A program made the position numbers and the translations under genes. Source: a virus (taxonomy: Duplodnaviria > Heunggongvirae > Uroviricota > Caudoviricetes). Taken from it: a DNA stretch of 43,931 nt. Of this stretch, positions 1-7,876 are shown piece after piece. The DNA lies in the IMG/VR virus record IMGVR_UViG_2541047897_000005, one strand, 5' to 3'. The notes below the pieces were generated by a model that did not search any database, was not told where the DNA came from, and saw nothing but the letters and a program-made list of their open reading frames with translations. Each line of letters starts with the position of its first letter. Within the stretch, counting starts at the first letter, position 1.

Positions 1-1143
1 CTATGCTGTTTTGATATCTACGATAATCCAGTCTTTACCACGATCATCATTGTATCGGTCGGTCATTTTTCTGGATTTATGACCTAACAACTTTTGCGTA
101 TCCAGACCCTGTTCCCGATATAACCGTTCTGACAGAGATCGCTGCTCATGAAATGTGGGCGCAGTTCCTGGCTCCCATTTTATGCCACATTTTTCCCTGG
201 CCTTTTTAAAAGCCGTTGTAAGAGTATTTGCAGAAACCTGGTCTCCTCTGTTTGCTTGAGAGGTAGTGTGACGGTAATGGACCAGATATTTACTAACAAC
301 AGCATCCCTGCACTGAGATATAACTTCACGAAGGGTAATATTCAGAGCATCGCATTTCAGGCTAAGCGGAATAGCAAGTTTTGAACCGGTTTTTTCCTGA
401 GTAATGTGCAACATGTCGTCCCATATATCAGAGAATTTCAAATTGCAGATATCGCCTAAACGTTGTCCAGTAACAAGAGCAAGTAGCATGCCGCATTTTA
501 AATAGGGCTGCCGTCTGCTTACGCTTTCAAATATTGCCTGCCATTCGGGCAGTGATAATCTTTGGCGGTTTACTCGATTTCGCGGTTGTTTTGTTGCCTG
601 CGCTGGGTTAAATCCTGGCGGAACATGTCCTGCGTGTTGTGCTTCTTTGAAGACGTCGATCAACACCATTCTCACGACTTGCGCCATCCTGTTATGACCT
701 TCAGCCTTTACAGCATCAATTATTTCGGCAATATCAAGTGCGGTAATATCCTTGAGGTGTTGCATTCCACAATGCTCACGGAAAAGACGAATGGGTTTAC
801 CTTTTTGCCGATAGGAGTTGGGTTTTAGTTCATTATGTTGCAGCCTGTCCTCCTGGATAGAAATATATTTATCAAGCCATTCTGTCACCGTAATGTCTGA
901 ACGCCTGCCTTTCATTCTTTCTAGACGCTCATTGACGCTTAATATTTGTCGGGTACGTTGTTCAGCAATAATGGTATTTGCTTCAGTAGCAACTTGTTTT
1001 GCTTCATTCTCATCAGTTCCTAAGCTATGAAAACGACCGGATAGTGGATGTTTGTATTGCCAATATACCTTTCCGGTTCGCTTATCTAATTTGCAATATA
1101 AATTGGGTATAGAGATTTTGTGAGATCGGGGTCTAGCAGCCAT
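1..1143 (-). CDS. int: Tyrosine integrase, lambda Int-like (380 aa); window begins at its stop codon
   Basis: Full ORF; recalled similarity to lambda Int (N-terminal arm-binding region, C-terminal HxxR...Y catalytic region ending ...LLGHKSRKMTDRYNDDRGKDW); position at prophage end next to xis. Confidence 0.93.
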   Translation of the reverse strand: MAARPRSHKISIPNLYCKLDKRTGKVYWQYKHPLSGRFHSLGTDENEAKQVATEANTIIAEQRTRQILSVNERLERMKGRRSDITVTEWLDKYISIQEDRLQHNELKPNSYRQKGKPIRLFREHCGMQHLKDITALDIAEIIDAVKAEGHNRMAQVVRMVLIDVFKEAQHAGHVPPGFNPAQATKQPRNRVNRQRLSLPEWQAIFESVSRRQPYLKCGMLLALVTGQRLGDICNLKFSDIWDDMLHITQEKTGSKLAIPLSLKCDALNITLREVISQCRDAVVSKYLVHYRHTTSQANRGDQVSANTLTTAFKKAREKCGIKWEPGTAPTFHEQRSLSERLYREQGLDTQKLLGHKSRKMTDRYNDDRGKDWIIVDIKTA

Positions 1144-1369
1144 CAGCGATTATCCGTTGGAGTTTTGGGTTTGCGTTTATTGGGAGTTGCGGTTCTGCAA
1201 GCGTTCCTACAAAACGGGAATTTCGGTCAATCATCCAGTAGCGACCAACTTTTATAGCGGGTGGGGCCATCATTTTCCCTTGCGCGTATTTTTTCAGAAC
1301 TCGCTCACTTGGTGCTAAGTCCCCAAATTCTTCTTTAGCCCAGTCCTGTAAAGTGATTAGTCGAGACAT
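1133..1369 (-). CDS. xis: Excisionase (78 aa)
   Basis: Small basic ORF overlapping the int start by 11 nt, strong AGGAGG RBS upstream; lambda-Xis-like arrangement. Confidence 0.8.
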   Translation of the reverse strand: MSRLITLQDWAKEEFGDLAPSERVLKKYAQGKMMAPPAIKVGRYWMIDRNSRFVGTLAEPQLPINANPKLQRIIADGC

Positions 1370-1508
1370 TTGTCCTCCTCTTAGCTGCTGAGGGAGTTTG
1401 TGACCGATATATCTGACATGATATTAAGCTCATGGCAGGTACATCTCTTGACTGGTCATAGAGATAAATTTAATGCTGAGAAATGCAGTATTGAATTTAT
1501 CAATTTTT

Positions 1509-1748
1509 CTATTTCCTGCGTATGGCACGTAACTTCTTAATGTGTTCTGCTGTATCGATCTCTTCGGCTATCCGATCTGCATCAGCTTTATTCACAGGTT
1601 CAAAGTCATGATTAAAGCGGAACATGCTGGCGATACATGTTCTGCCTTTTTGGATGTAGTGAACTTTGTTGTGGGTAGAACGCAGGATTTTGCAGGGAGT
1701 GCCGTGGTGGTCGACGTACCAGGTGTTAGGAAAAATGATTCTGAACAT
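1509..1748 (-). CDS. Hypothetical small protein (79 aa), xis-exo accessory region
   Basis: ORF with GAGG RBS; co-oriented with the early-left operon; no recognisable motif. Confidence 0.5.
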   Translation of the reverse strand: MFRIIFPNTWYVDHHGTPCKILRSTHNKVHYIQKGRTCIASMFRFNHDFEPVNKADADRIAEEIDTAEHIKKLRAIRRK

Positions 1749-1795
1749 TTTTACACCTCAGTTGGACGATGTTGAAATTTGCTGCTTTGAGGCCA

Positions 1796-2014
1796 TTACA
1801 ATCCCCATTGTTTGTTCTTAAGTTCGATCTCCTCCTGGCAACTTGCACAAGTCCGACAACCCTGAACGGCCAGGCGTCTTCGCTCATCTATGGGATCGCC
1901 ACACTCACAACAATGAGTGGCAGATATAGCCTGGTGGTTCAGGCGGCGCATTTTTATTGCTGTGTTGCGCTGTAATTCTTCAATTTCTGATGCTGAATCA
2001 ATGATGTCTGCCAT
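1796..2014 (-). CDS. TraR/DksA-family C4 zinc-finger protein (72 aa)
   Basis: CxxC...CxxC arrangement (CCECGDP...CRTCASC) near the C-terminus, size typical of phage TraR-like proteins. Confidence 0.7.
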   Translation of the reverse strand: MADIIDSASEIEELQRNTAIKMRRLNHQAISATHCCECGDPIDERRRLAVQGCRTCASCQEEIELKNKQWGL

Positions 2015-2112
2015 CTTCCATTAATCCCTGAATTGTTGGTTAATACGCTTGAGGGTGAATGCGAATAATAGAAAAGGAGCCTGTAGCTCCCTGATGATTT
2101 TGCTTTTCATGT

Positions 2113-2328
2113 TCACCGTTCCTTAAAAACGCCGTTTAACATGCCGATCGCTAGGCTTAAATGAGTCGGTGTGAATCCCATCAGCGTTACCGTTTCGCGG
2201 TGCTTCTTCAGTACGCTACGGCAAATGTCATCGACGTTTTTATCCGGAAACTGCTGTCTGGCTTTTTTGATTTCACAATTAGCCTGACGGGCAATGCTGC
2301 GAAGGGCGTTATTATGTTCTATTGTCAT
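2113..2328 (-). CDS. Hypothetical protein (71 aa); start taken at internal ATG 2328, not the 117-aa track ORF
   Basis: The longer ORF would overlap the upstream 250-aa gene by about 130 nt; ATG at 2328 lies 7 nt after that gene's stop. Confidence 0.5.
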   Translation of the reverse strand: MTIEHNNALRSIARQANCEIKKARQQFPDKNVDDICRSVLKKHRETVTLMGFTPTHLSLAIGMLNGVFKER

Positions 2329-2335
2329 ATTGGCC

Positions 2336-3088
2336 TCACACTTCGAATGCCAACTGAGGGGTAAAGACGTCCCGTTCAGCGTTGTAATTAAGTGAACTGG
2401 CACTGTTGAATGATTCAATGCGTTCCACAAGAACTTGCGTACGGGTTTCTTTACTTGCGGGAGCATATGGCGAACCTACCCAGGATTTGTCGATGCCTAT
2501 ATTTCTTGCGACGTTCGTGCTGTCTGCAGACGAAAGCGGTACATGAGTAAAAATGTCTTTATTTAACATCCGTAACCCATGAATCTTGGTGATTGGGTAG
2601 CCGTACTGATCTACAACATGACGTATAAGATCGCGTAGTTTAGCCCGACACGCTCTCGGTCGTTTTGCATCGTATTCCCCCATCGAGCCGATGCAGACGC
2701 GGGGAAACTCATGGCACAGACGAATAAATCGCTCATCTGGTTCGTTCATGTGCCACACCGGAGCACCAATAAATTTACCGTGAGGCCATGCCGCAATCAG
2801 GGCGTCATTCTCTTCACTGGTTCCGCCGATAACATCCGGGATAACCGCGAATGAGAAACGAGGGTGATTACCCCAGCGTTCAACAAATCTGTAATATTCA
2901 TTCCAGTCTACGGCCTTGTTTTTTGTCCAGAATGTGAATGCACCATTATCAAGAGCAAATGATTGGGTGACTTCGGAAGCCAGATCAATCTGAGCTGGAT
3001 TAGCAAAACTGATGAATGCGTGTCTGCCTTTCCAGGCTTTCAACGCACAGGTATCGGGAGTTATTGGACCACCGTGAAAATGAATCAT
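2336..3088 (-). CDS. TGT-fold protein, candidate DpdA-like DNA-guanine transglycosylase (250 aa)
   Basis: Motifs LDNGAFTFW (compare TGT DSGGFQVF, first catalytic Asp) and ADSTNVARN (compare TGT FDCVMPTRNARN, second Asp with identical D-x5-RN spacing); no C-terminal zinc-binding Cys cluster; motif comparison from memory only. Confidence 0.45.
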   Translation of the reverse strand: MIHFHGGPITPDTCALKAWKGRHAFISFANPAQIDLASEVTQSFALDNGAFTFWTKNKAVDWNEYYRFVERWGNHPRFSFAVIPDVIGGTSEENDALIAAWPHGKFIGAPVWHMNEPDERFIRLCHEFPRVCIGSMGEYDAKRPRACRAKLRDLIRHVVDQYGYPITKIHGLRMLNKDIFTHVPLSSADSTNVARNIGIDKSWVGSPYAPASKETRTQVLVERIESFNSASSLNYNAERDVFTPQLAFEV

Positions 3089-3243
3089 ACACTCTCCCGT
3101 TTATTATTTATCTCCTCAGCCAGTCGCTGGGCTTTCAGCGGATTTCGGATAACAGAAGGCCCGGGAAATACCCAGCCTCGCTTTGTAACGGAGTAGACGA
3201 AAGTGATCGCACCTACCCGGATATTATCGTGAGGATGCTTCAT
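3085..3243 (-). CDS. Unlisted small ORF (52 aa) translationally coupled between exo and the TGT-like gene
   Basis: ATG overlaps the exo stop in ATGA, and its stop overlaps the ATG of the 250-aa gene in ATGA; below the 60-aa cutoff of the supplied track. Confidence 0.4.
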   Translation of the reverse strand: MKHPHDNIRVGAITFVYSVTKRGWVFPGPSVIRNPLKAQRLAEEINNKRESV

Positions 3244-3920
3244 CGCCATTGCTCCCCAAATACAAAACCAATTTCAGCCAGTGCCTCGTCCATTTTTTCG
3301 ATGAACTCCGGCACCATCTCGTCAAAACTCGCCATGTACTTTTCATCCCGCTCAACCACGACATAATGCAGTCCTTCACGCTTCATACGCGGGTCATAGT
3401 TGGCAAAGTACCAGGCATCTTTTCGCGTCACCCACATGCTGTACTGCACCTGGGCCATGTAAGCTGACTTTATGGCCTCGAAACCACCGAGCCGGAACTT
3501 CATGAAATCCCGGGAGGTAAACGGGCATTTCAGTTCAAGGCCGTTGCCGTCACTGCATAAACCATCTGGAGAGCAGGCGGTACGCATACTTTCGTCGCGA
3601 TAGATGATCGGTGATTCAGTAACATTCACGCCGGAAGTGAACTCAAACAGGGCTCTGGCGTCGTTCTCGTACTGTTTTCCCCAGGCCAGCGCTTTAGCGT
3701 TAACTTCCGGAGCCACACCGGTGCAAACCTCAGCAAGCAGGGTGTGGAAGTAGGACATTTTCATGTCAGGCCACTTTTTTCCGGAGCGGGGTTTTGCTAT
3801 TACGTTATGAACTTCTGAAGCTGTGATGACGCCGAGCCGTAATTTGTGCCACGCATCATCCCCCTGTTCGACAGCTCTCACGTCGATCCCGGTACGCTGC
3901 AGGATAATGTCCGGTGTCAT
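3240..3920 (-). CDS. exo: Lambda exonuclease (Red-alpha), 226 aa
   Basis: Near-identical over full length to recalled lambda Exo ([37 protein letters not shown]...). Confidence 0.97.
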   Translation of the reverse strand: MTPDIILQRTGIDVRAVEQGDDAWHKLRLGVITASEVHNVIAKPRSGKKWPDMKMSYFHTLLAEVCTGVAPEVNAKALAWGKQYENDARALFEFTSGVNVTESPIIYRDESMRTACSPDGLCSDGNGLELKCPFTSRDFMKFRLGGFEAIKSAYMAQVQYSMWVTRKDAWYFANYDPRMKREGLHYVVVERDEKYMASFDEMVPEFIEKMDEALAEIGFVFGEQWR

Positions 3921-4702
3921 GCTGCCACCTTCTGCTCTGCGGCTTTCTGTTTCAGGAATCCAAGAGCTTTTACTGCTTCGGCCTGTGTCAGTTCTGACGA
4001 TGCGCGAATGTCGCGGCGAAATATCTGGGAACAGAGCGGCAATAAGTCGTCATCCCATGTTTTATCCAGGGCGATCAGCAGAGTGTTAATCTCCTGCATG
4101 CTTTCATCGTTAACCGGAGTGATGTCGCGTTCCGGCTGACGTTCTGCAGTGTATGCGGTATTTTCGACAATGCGCTCGGCTTCATCCTTGTCATAGATAC
4201 CAGCAAATCCGAAGGCCAGACGGGCACACTGAATCATAGCTTTATGCCGTAACATTCGTTTGGGATGCGACTGCCACGGTCCCGTGATTTCTCTGCCTTC
4301 GCGGGTTTTGAATGGTTCGCGGCGGCATTCATCCATCCACTCGGTAACGCAGATCGGATGATTACGGTCCTTGCGGTAAATCCGGCATGTACATGATTCA
4401 TTGTCCTGCTCAAAGTCCATGCCATCAAACTGCTGGTTTTCATTAATGATGCGGGACCAGCCATCAACGCCCACCACAGGAACGATGCCGTTCTGCTTAT
4501 CAGGGAAGGCGTAAATTTCTTTCGTCCACGGATTAAGGCCGTACTGGTTGGCGACGATCAGCAATGCGATGAACTGCGCATCGCTGGCATCACCTTTAAA
4601 TGCCGTCTGACGAAGAGTGGTGATCAGTTCCTGTGGGTCGACAGAATCCATGCCGACACGTTCAGCCAGCTTCCCGGCTAGCGTTGCGAGTGCTGTACTC
4701 AT
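3917..4702 (-). CDS. bet: Recombination protein Bet (Red-beta), 261 aa
   Basis: Near-identical to recalled lambda Bet; overlaps the exo start by 4 nt as in lambda. Confidence 0.97.
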   Translation of the reverse strand: MSTALATLAGKLAERVGMDSVDPQELITTLRQTAFKGDASDAQFIALLIVANQYGLNPWTKEIYAFPDKQNGIVPVVGVDGWSRIINENQQFDGMDFEQDNESCTCRIYRKDRNHPICVTEWMDECRREPFKTREGREITGPWQSHPKRMLRHKAMIQCARLAFGFAGIYDKDEAERIVENTAYTAERQPERDITPVNDESMQEINTLLIALDKTWDDDLLPLCSQIFRRDIRASSELTQAEAVKALGFLKQKAAEQKVAA

Positions 4703-4707
4703 CCGTT

Positions 4708-5004
4708 TTATACCTCTGAATCAATATCAACATGGTGGTGAGCAATGGTTTCAACCATGTACCGGATGTGTTCTGCCATGCGCTCCTGAAACTCAACATC
4801 GTCATCAAACGCACGGGTAATGGCTTTTTTGCTGGCCCCGCAGCGTTGCAAATGATCGATGCAGAGTGATTCAAACAGGTGCTGTGGAAGACCTTTTTCC
4901 ATGTCGTCTGCCAGTTCTGCCTCTTTCTCTTCACGGGCGATCTGCTGGTAGTGACGCGCCCAGCTTTGAGCCTCAAGACGATCCTGAATGTAATAAGCGT
5001 TCAT
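4708..5004 (-). CDS. gam: Gam, RecBCD inhibitor (98-aa form)
   Basis: Matches recalled lambda Gam short form ([21 protein letters not shown]...HHVDIDSEV). Confidence 0.93.
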   Translation of the reverse strand: MNAYYIQDRLEAQSWARHYQQIAREEKEAELADDMEKGLPQHLFESLCIDHLQRCGASKKAITRAFDDDVEFQERMAEHIRYMVETIAHHHVDIDSEV

Positions 5005-5079
5005 GGCTGAACTCCTGAAAATGGCTGTGAAAATATCGCCCGCGAAATGCCGGGCTGATTAGGAAAACAGGAAAGGGGA

Positions 5080-5370
5080 TTAGTGATTCAGGCCGTTGCC
5101 GCGCCCGTCGAGAAAAACTTCCACGAGCAAATCACGGGTATAAGTGCGCTCGATGCCGCGATGCAGATAAAGCCGTCCGCGTAAATTAGCTGATGCAGTC
5201 CAGGTACCATCTTTGTGTTTGACCAGCATTCCTGGCATGACCGCACCTCGATTAACGGTCTGCGTTCCGTAATGTTGATGAACCATAAAAACTCCTGCCC
5301 GTAAGCTGGGCTGCTGAACATATAGAGACTTCTGCGCGTATTCAGGCGGTGGATGGCCGCCGGTTGTCAT
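5080..5370 (-). CDS. Hypothetical protein, first gene of the leftward early operon (96 aa from ATG 5370; track ORF extends to a TTG at 5490)
   Basis: ORF with GAGG about 12 nt upstream of ATG 5370; the TTG-initiated 136-aa version adds an Arg-rich N-terminus (RLREVRGVKRTRERR); function unknown. Confidence 0.45.
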   Translation of the reverse strand: MTTGGHPPPEYAQKSLYVQQPSLRAGVFMVHQHYGTQTVNRGAVMPGMLVKHKDGTWTASANLRGRLYLHRGIERTYTRDLLVEVFLDGRGNGLNH

Positions 5371-5539
5371 AACTAAGCCGCCTCGTTGAAACGACTGAGG
5401 TATGAAGTGTTGAGTTGATTTCAGCTGGTCACACCGACGTTCACGCGTCCGCTTCACCCCTCGCACTTCCCGAAGCCTGCTGAAATTCAAGCTGCGGACC
5501 TAAGCGGTCATCGCAACGGTGAATCAGGTGGTTGCCGTA

Positions 5540-5640
5540 TCGTTGTGTTGTTGCGATGAATTTATTTAAAACTATAGTTGTTTTGTTGTCAACAACAAAA
5601 GTTGTTTTATTGGTTGTTTTAGATGTAACTGGTTGTATTT
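5540..5640 (-). promoter_or_regulatory. Putative OL/PL: leftward early promoter with operator repeats
   Basis: Minus strand reads TTGACA (5592-5587), 17-nt spacer, TTAAAT (5569-5564); flanked by repeated GTTGTT/AACAAC motifs shared with the OR region. Confidence 0.5.
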
Positions 5641-5740
5641 AGGATGGGTTTATTTTGTGACTTGCATCGCATAGCGATAACTGAAGGGAGATTGTGGTGG
5701 TTTTTTGAACGGTATACGTGATGAGGGGAGGGGATAAAAG

Positions 5741-5766
5741 AAAACCCGGCACGGTGGCCGGGTATC
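5741..5766 (-). terminator. Rho-independent terminator after the 317-aa gene
   Basis: Minus-strand hairpin CCCGGC-CACCGU-GCCGGG followed by UUUUCUUUU, starting a few nt after the stop at 5768. Confidence 0.65.
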
Positions 5767-5767
5767 T

Positions 5768-6721
5768 TTATTCGAATGGAAGATCTATTTGCCTTTGAGG
5801 ATTCAACTGTTTTTTTACATGCTCAATTTCGAATATGGTTTTTATGGCATCTCCGATCATATATTGAGTTACTTTTAAATCTACAAGTAACATATCACCT
5901 TTAGAAAAATTTAAGGTGTTGTTATCAATATCGCTGATGAATTTCTGGTCTTTTATTTCAGCCAAAAAGCTACTGGCACCATCAGAAAACCGCCACCGGC
6001 TTCCTTCATTGAAGGAAATATTTTTAATTTGAAGGGCTTTCTCTACTGTGTACTCTGAAATTATTGATTCTGCTGGTAGATTGACTTTGAAATAATGTGC
6101 TTCTTGCTTGTTGATCGTCATGAATGTCAAACCATCATCGACAGTAGAGGCAAAGCTGTCAATGCCTTCCTGCTCTAATGGCTTACTTATAACTTCTTGT
6201 AATGAAGAGCGAAGTTTAATATTTTTATAAAGTTCAATAACGTTACTGTCGTAGATCTCGCTTTCGTCATCAACAAAGACTTCGATGTTGCTATCAGGCA
6301 AATTGTGTAATTTTTTTATTTTCCTTGGACCTATCCATTTTATCAGTTGAATTAGGCCTTTGCATATTTTTTCTTTAGAACCAGGACAGAGTCCAATAAA
6401 AGCAATCAAATTCGCAGCGGCTGTTGCTGAATCGCCGGATAAAAAATCAACAGCCTGTTTGAACCAAGATGTAGATGAGGCAACCAGATCTATTCCAAAT
6501 GAGCCAGCTTTAAATGATGCATTGACTTTTACAGAAACAACAGTCTTGTTTCCGTAGAGAGTTTTACCGGCTTCCTCTAATGCATCTGATAGTGATAGAA
6601 GGGCAGGAGCAAGGTCTCGCACGTTCATTTCATGCGTTTCCAGTGCCGGACCGTCGTATACTATCCTGAACTTCATATCATTGGTTTCCGAATTGTTGCC
6701 CGCATCCATTATGGCATTCAC
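5768..6721 (-). CDS. Hypothetical 317-aa protein at the rexAB-equivalent locus; candidate superinfection-exclusion/defence gene
   Basis: Long ORF between the repressor gene and OL/PL; visibly AT-rich, Lys/Ile/Asn/Ser-rich codon use unlike flanking phage genes; own terminator; no recognisable motif. Confidence 0.8.
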   Translation of the reverse strand: MNAIMDAGNNSETNDMKFRIVYDGPALETHEMNVRDLAPALLSLSDALEEAGKTLYGNKTVVSVKVNASFKAGSFGIDLVASSTSWFKQAVDFLSGDSATAAANLIAFIGLCPGSKEKICKGLIQLIKWIGPRKIKKLHNLPDSNIEVFVDDESEIYDSNVIELYKNIKLRSSLQEVISKPLEQEGIDSFASTVDDGLTFMTINKQEAHYFKVNLPAESIISEYTVEKALQIKNISFNEGSRWRFSDGASSFLAEIKDQKFISDIDNNTLNFSKGDMLLVDLKVTQYMIGDAIKTIFEIEHVKKQLNPQRQIDLPFE

Positions 6722-6782
6722 CTGATCACATATACAGTTAATTTACGATATTGTCTTAAATCTTAAAACTTCTATTGTATGG

Positions 6783-7472
6783 CTACCCATGCTTCCTATA
6801 CGTCTGCGGCATGCTCCCAATAACCTTACCGAAGATGAACACCCGGTTCATCTCGTCTTTCTCGATCGGGTCCCAAGGTGAGTAGCTCTTGTTATCAGAG
6901 ATAACCAGCAGCTTATCCTTCATCATTTGCAGACGCTTTACATGGGCTGTGTCGTCGTACAGAAACGCATAGATACCATCACCGTCGAAAGATTTAACCG
7001 TGATATCAACGAACAGCAGCTCACCTGGTTCGATCGTTCCTGACATGCTGTCACCGCGTACGTTAATGATACGGATATTTTCCGCCTTCCTGCCATCGAA
7101 CATGTGACGAGCATCGTCAAACGAATACTCAACCGAACGTAGAACTTCTACAAACTCACGGTTGATGACTCCCGGCCCGGCACTCACTTCGATATCAAGA
7201 ACGTCAATCTTAAAGTATTTGGAATGGCTGACAGTTGTTTGTATTGGTTGCACTGTACTGTCTGACATATTTCCAACGCCAGAAGATAACCATTCTGCGC
7301 GCACACCCAAAGCGTTCGCGATCTCCACGATTTTAGTTGTTTGGTTAGCTTTCCCTGTTTCGATTTTCTGAATAGCTGCTTGGCTAACCCCGACCAAATC
7401 CCCAAGCGCCTTTTGTGTAAGGCCTCGCGCTAATCTGGCTTCTTTAAGTCTTTCTGAGAGTGTTGTTTTCAT
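6783..7472 (-). CDS. cI: CI-type prophage repressor, HTH plus S24 LexA-like autopeptidase domain (229 aa from ATG 7472)
   Basis: N-terminal HTH (LTQKALGDLVGVSQAAIQKIETG), Ala-Gly cleavage site (VSAGPG), GDSM serine and VKRL lysine motifs; divergent from cro. Confidence 0.9.
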   Translation of the reverse strand: MKTTLSERLKEARLARGLTQKALGDLVGVSQAAIQKIETGKANQTTKIVEIANALGVRAEWLSSGVGNMSDSTVQPIQTTVSHSKYFKIDVLDIEVSAGPGVINREFVEVLRSVEYSFDDARHMFDGRKAENIRIINVRGDSMSGTIEPGELLFVDITVKSFDGDGIYAFLYDDTAHVKRLQMMKDKLLVISDNKSYSPWDPIEKDEMNRVFIFGKVIGSMPQTYRKHG

Positions 7473-7576
7473 AGTCCAAATGTACAACCAAGGTTTTATT
7501 TCATCAAACGAAAATGGTTGTTGACTAAAAACAACCATGGTTTTAATCTTGATTCAAATTAACCACGGAGGTTGTT
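7473..7576 (+). promoter_or_regulatory. OR region: PR for cro with overlapping operators, and probable PRM
   Basis: TTGACT (7521-7526), 17-nt spacer, TAATCT (7544-7549); 9-bp inverted repeat ATGGTTGTT/AACAACCAT (7514-7522, 7530-7538) and perfect palindrome AACCATGGTT (7533-7542); GGAGG RBS before cro. Confidence 0.6.
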
Positions 7577-7807
7577 ATGAACCCAGCCATCAAAACAGCG
7601 ATCAATATCGTTGGTTCACAAAAGAAACTAGGCGCTGCCTGCGAAGTTTCACAGCAGGCCGTCTATAAGTGGCTTCACAACAAAGCAAAGGTATCCCCTG
7701 AACATGTCGGCAGCATTGTTACGGCTACTGGTGGAGTAGTGAAGGCATACCAGATTCGCCCGGATCTTCCGAAGTTGTTTCCACACACTGAAAAGAACGC
7801 AGCTTAA
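7577..7807 (+). CDS. cro: Cro-like HTH regulator, YdaS-like (76 aa)
   Basis: Small HTH protein divergent from the repressor; pattern resembles Rac YdaS as recalled. Confidence 0.8.
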   Translation: MNPAIKTAINIVGSQKKLGAACEVSQQAVYKWLHNKAKVSPEHVGSIVTATGGVVKAYQIRPDLPKLFPHTEKNAA

Positions 7808-7818
7808 ATTTCCATTTC

Positions 7819-7831
7819 ACGCTCTTTAACA
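7819..7831 (+). promoter_or_regulatory. boxA-like element (CGCTCTTTAACAA) downstream of cro
   Basis: Near-match to the boxA consensus of nut sites and rrn antiterminators; no clear GC-rich boxB hairpin follows. Confidence 0.4.
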
Positions 7832-7876
7832 ATAAGCAATCAACTTAACAGTCAATTCAAACTAAAGGAGTCAATT

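Noticed and set aside
1-1143. Attachment site (attL/attR) and its core repeat
   Set aside because: The window begins exactly at the int stop codon and ends inside prophage DNA, so the att sites lie outside and cannot be assessed
4662-4976. 104-aa minus-strand ORF overlapping gam in another frame
   Set aside because: The overlapping frame 4708-5004 matches lambda Gam; this alternative frame has no support
5005-5079. Long (138-aa) Gam isoform or a kil-like gene upstream of gam
   Set aside because: The frame upstream of the gam ATG does not extend as in lambda, and the upstream ORF (5080-5370) does not resemble lambda Kil as far as I can recall; left as hypothetical
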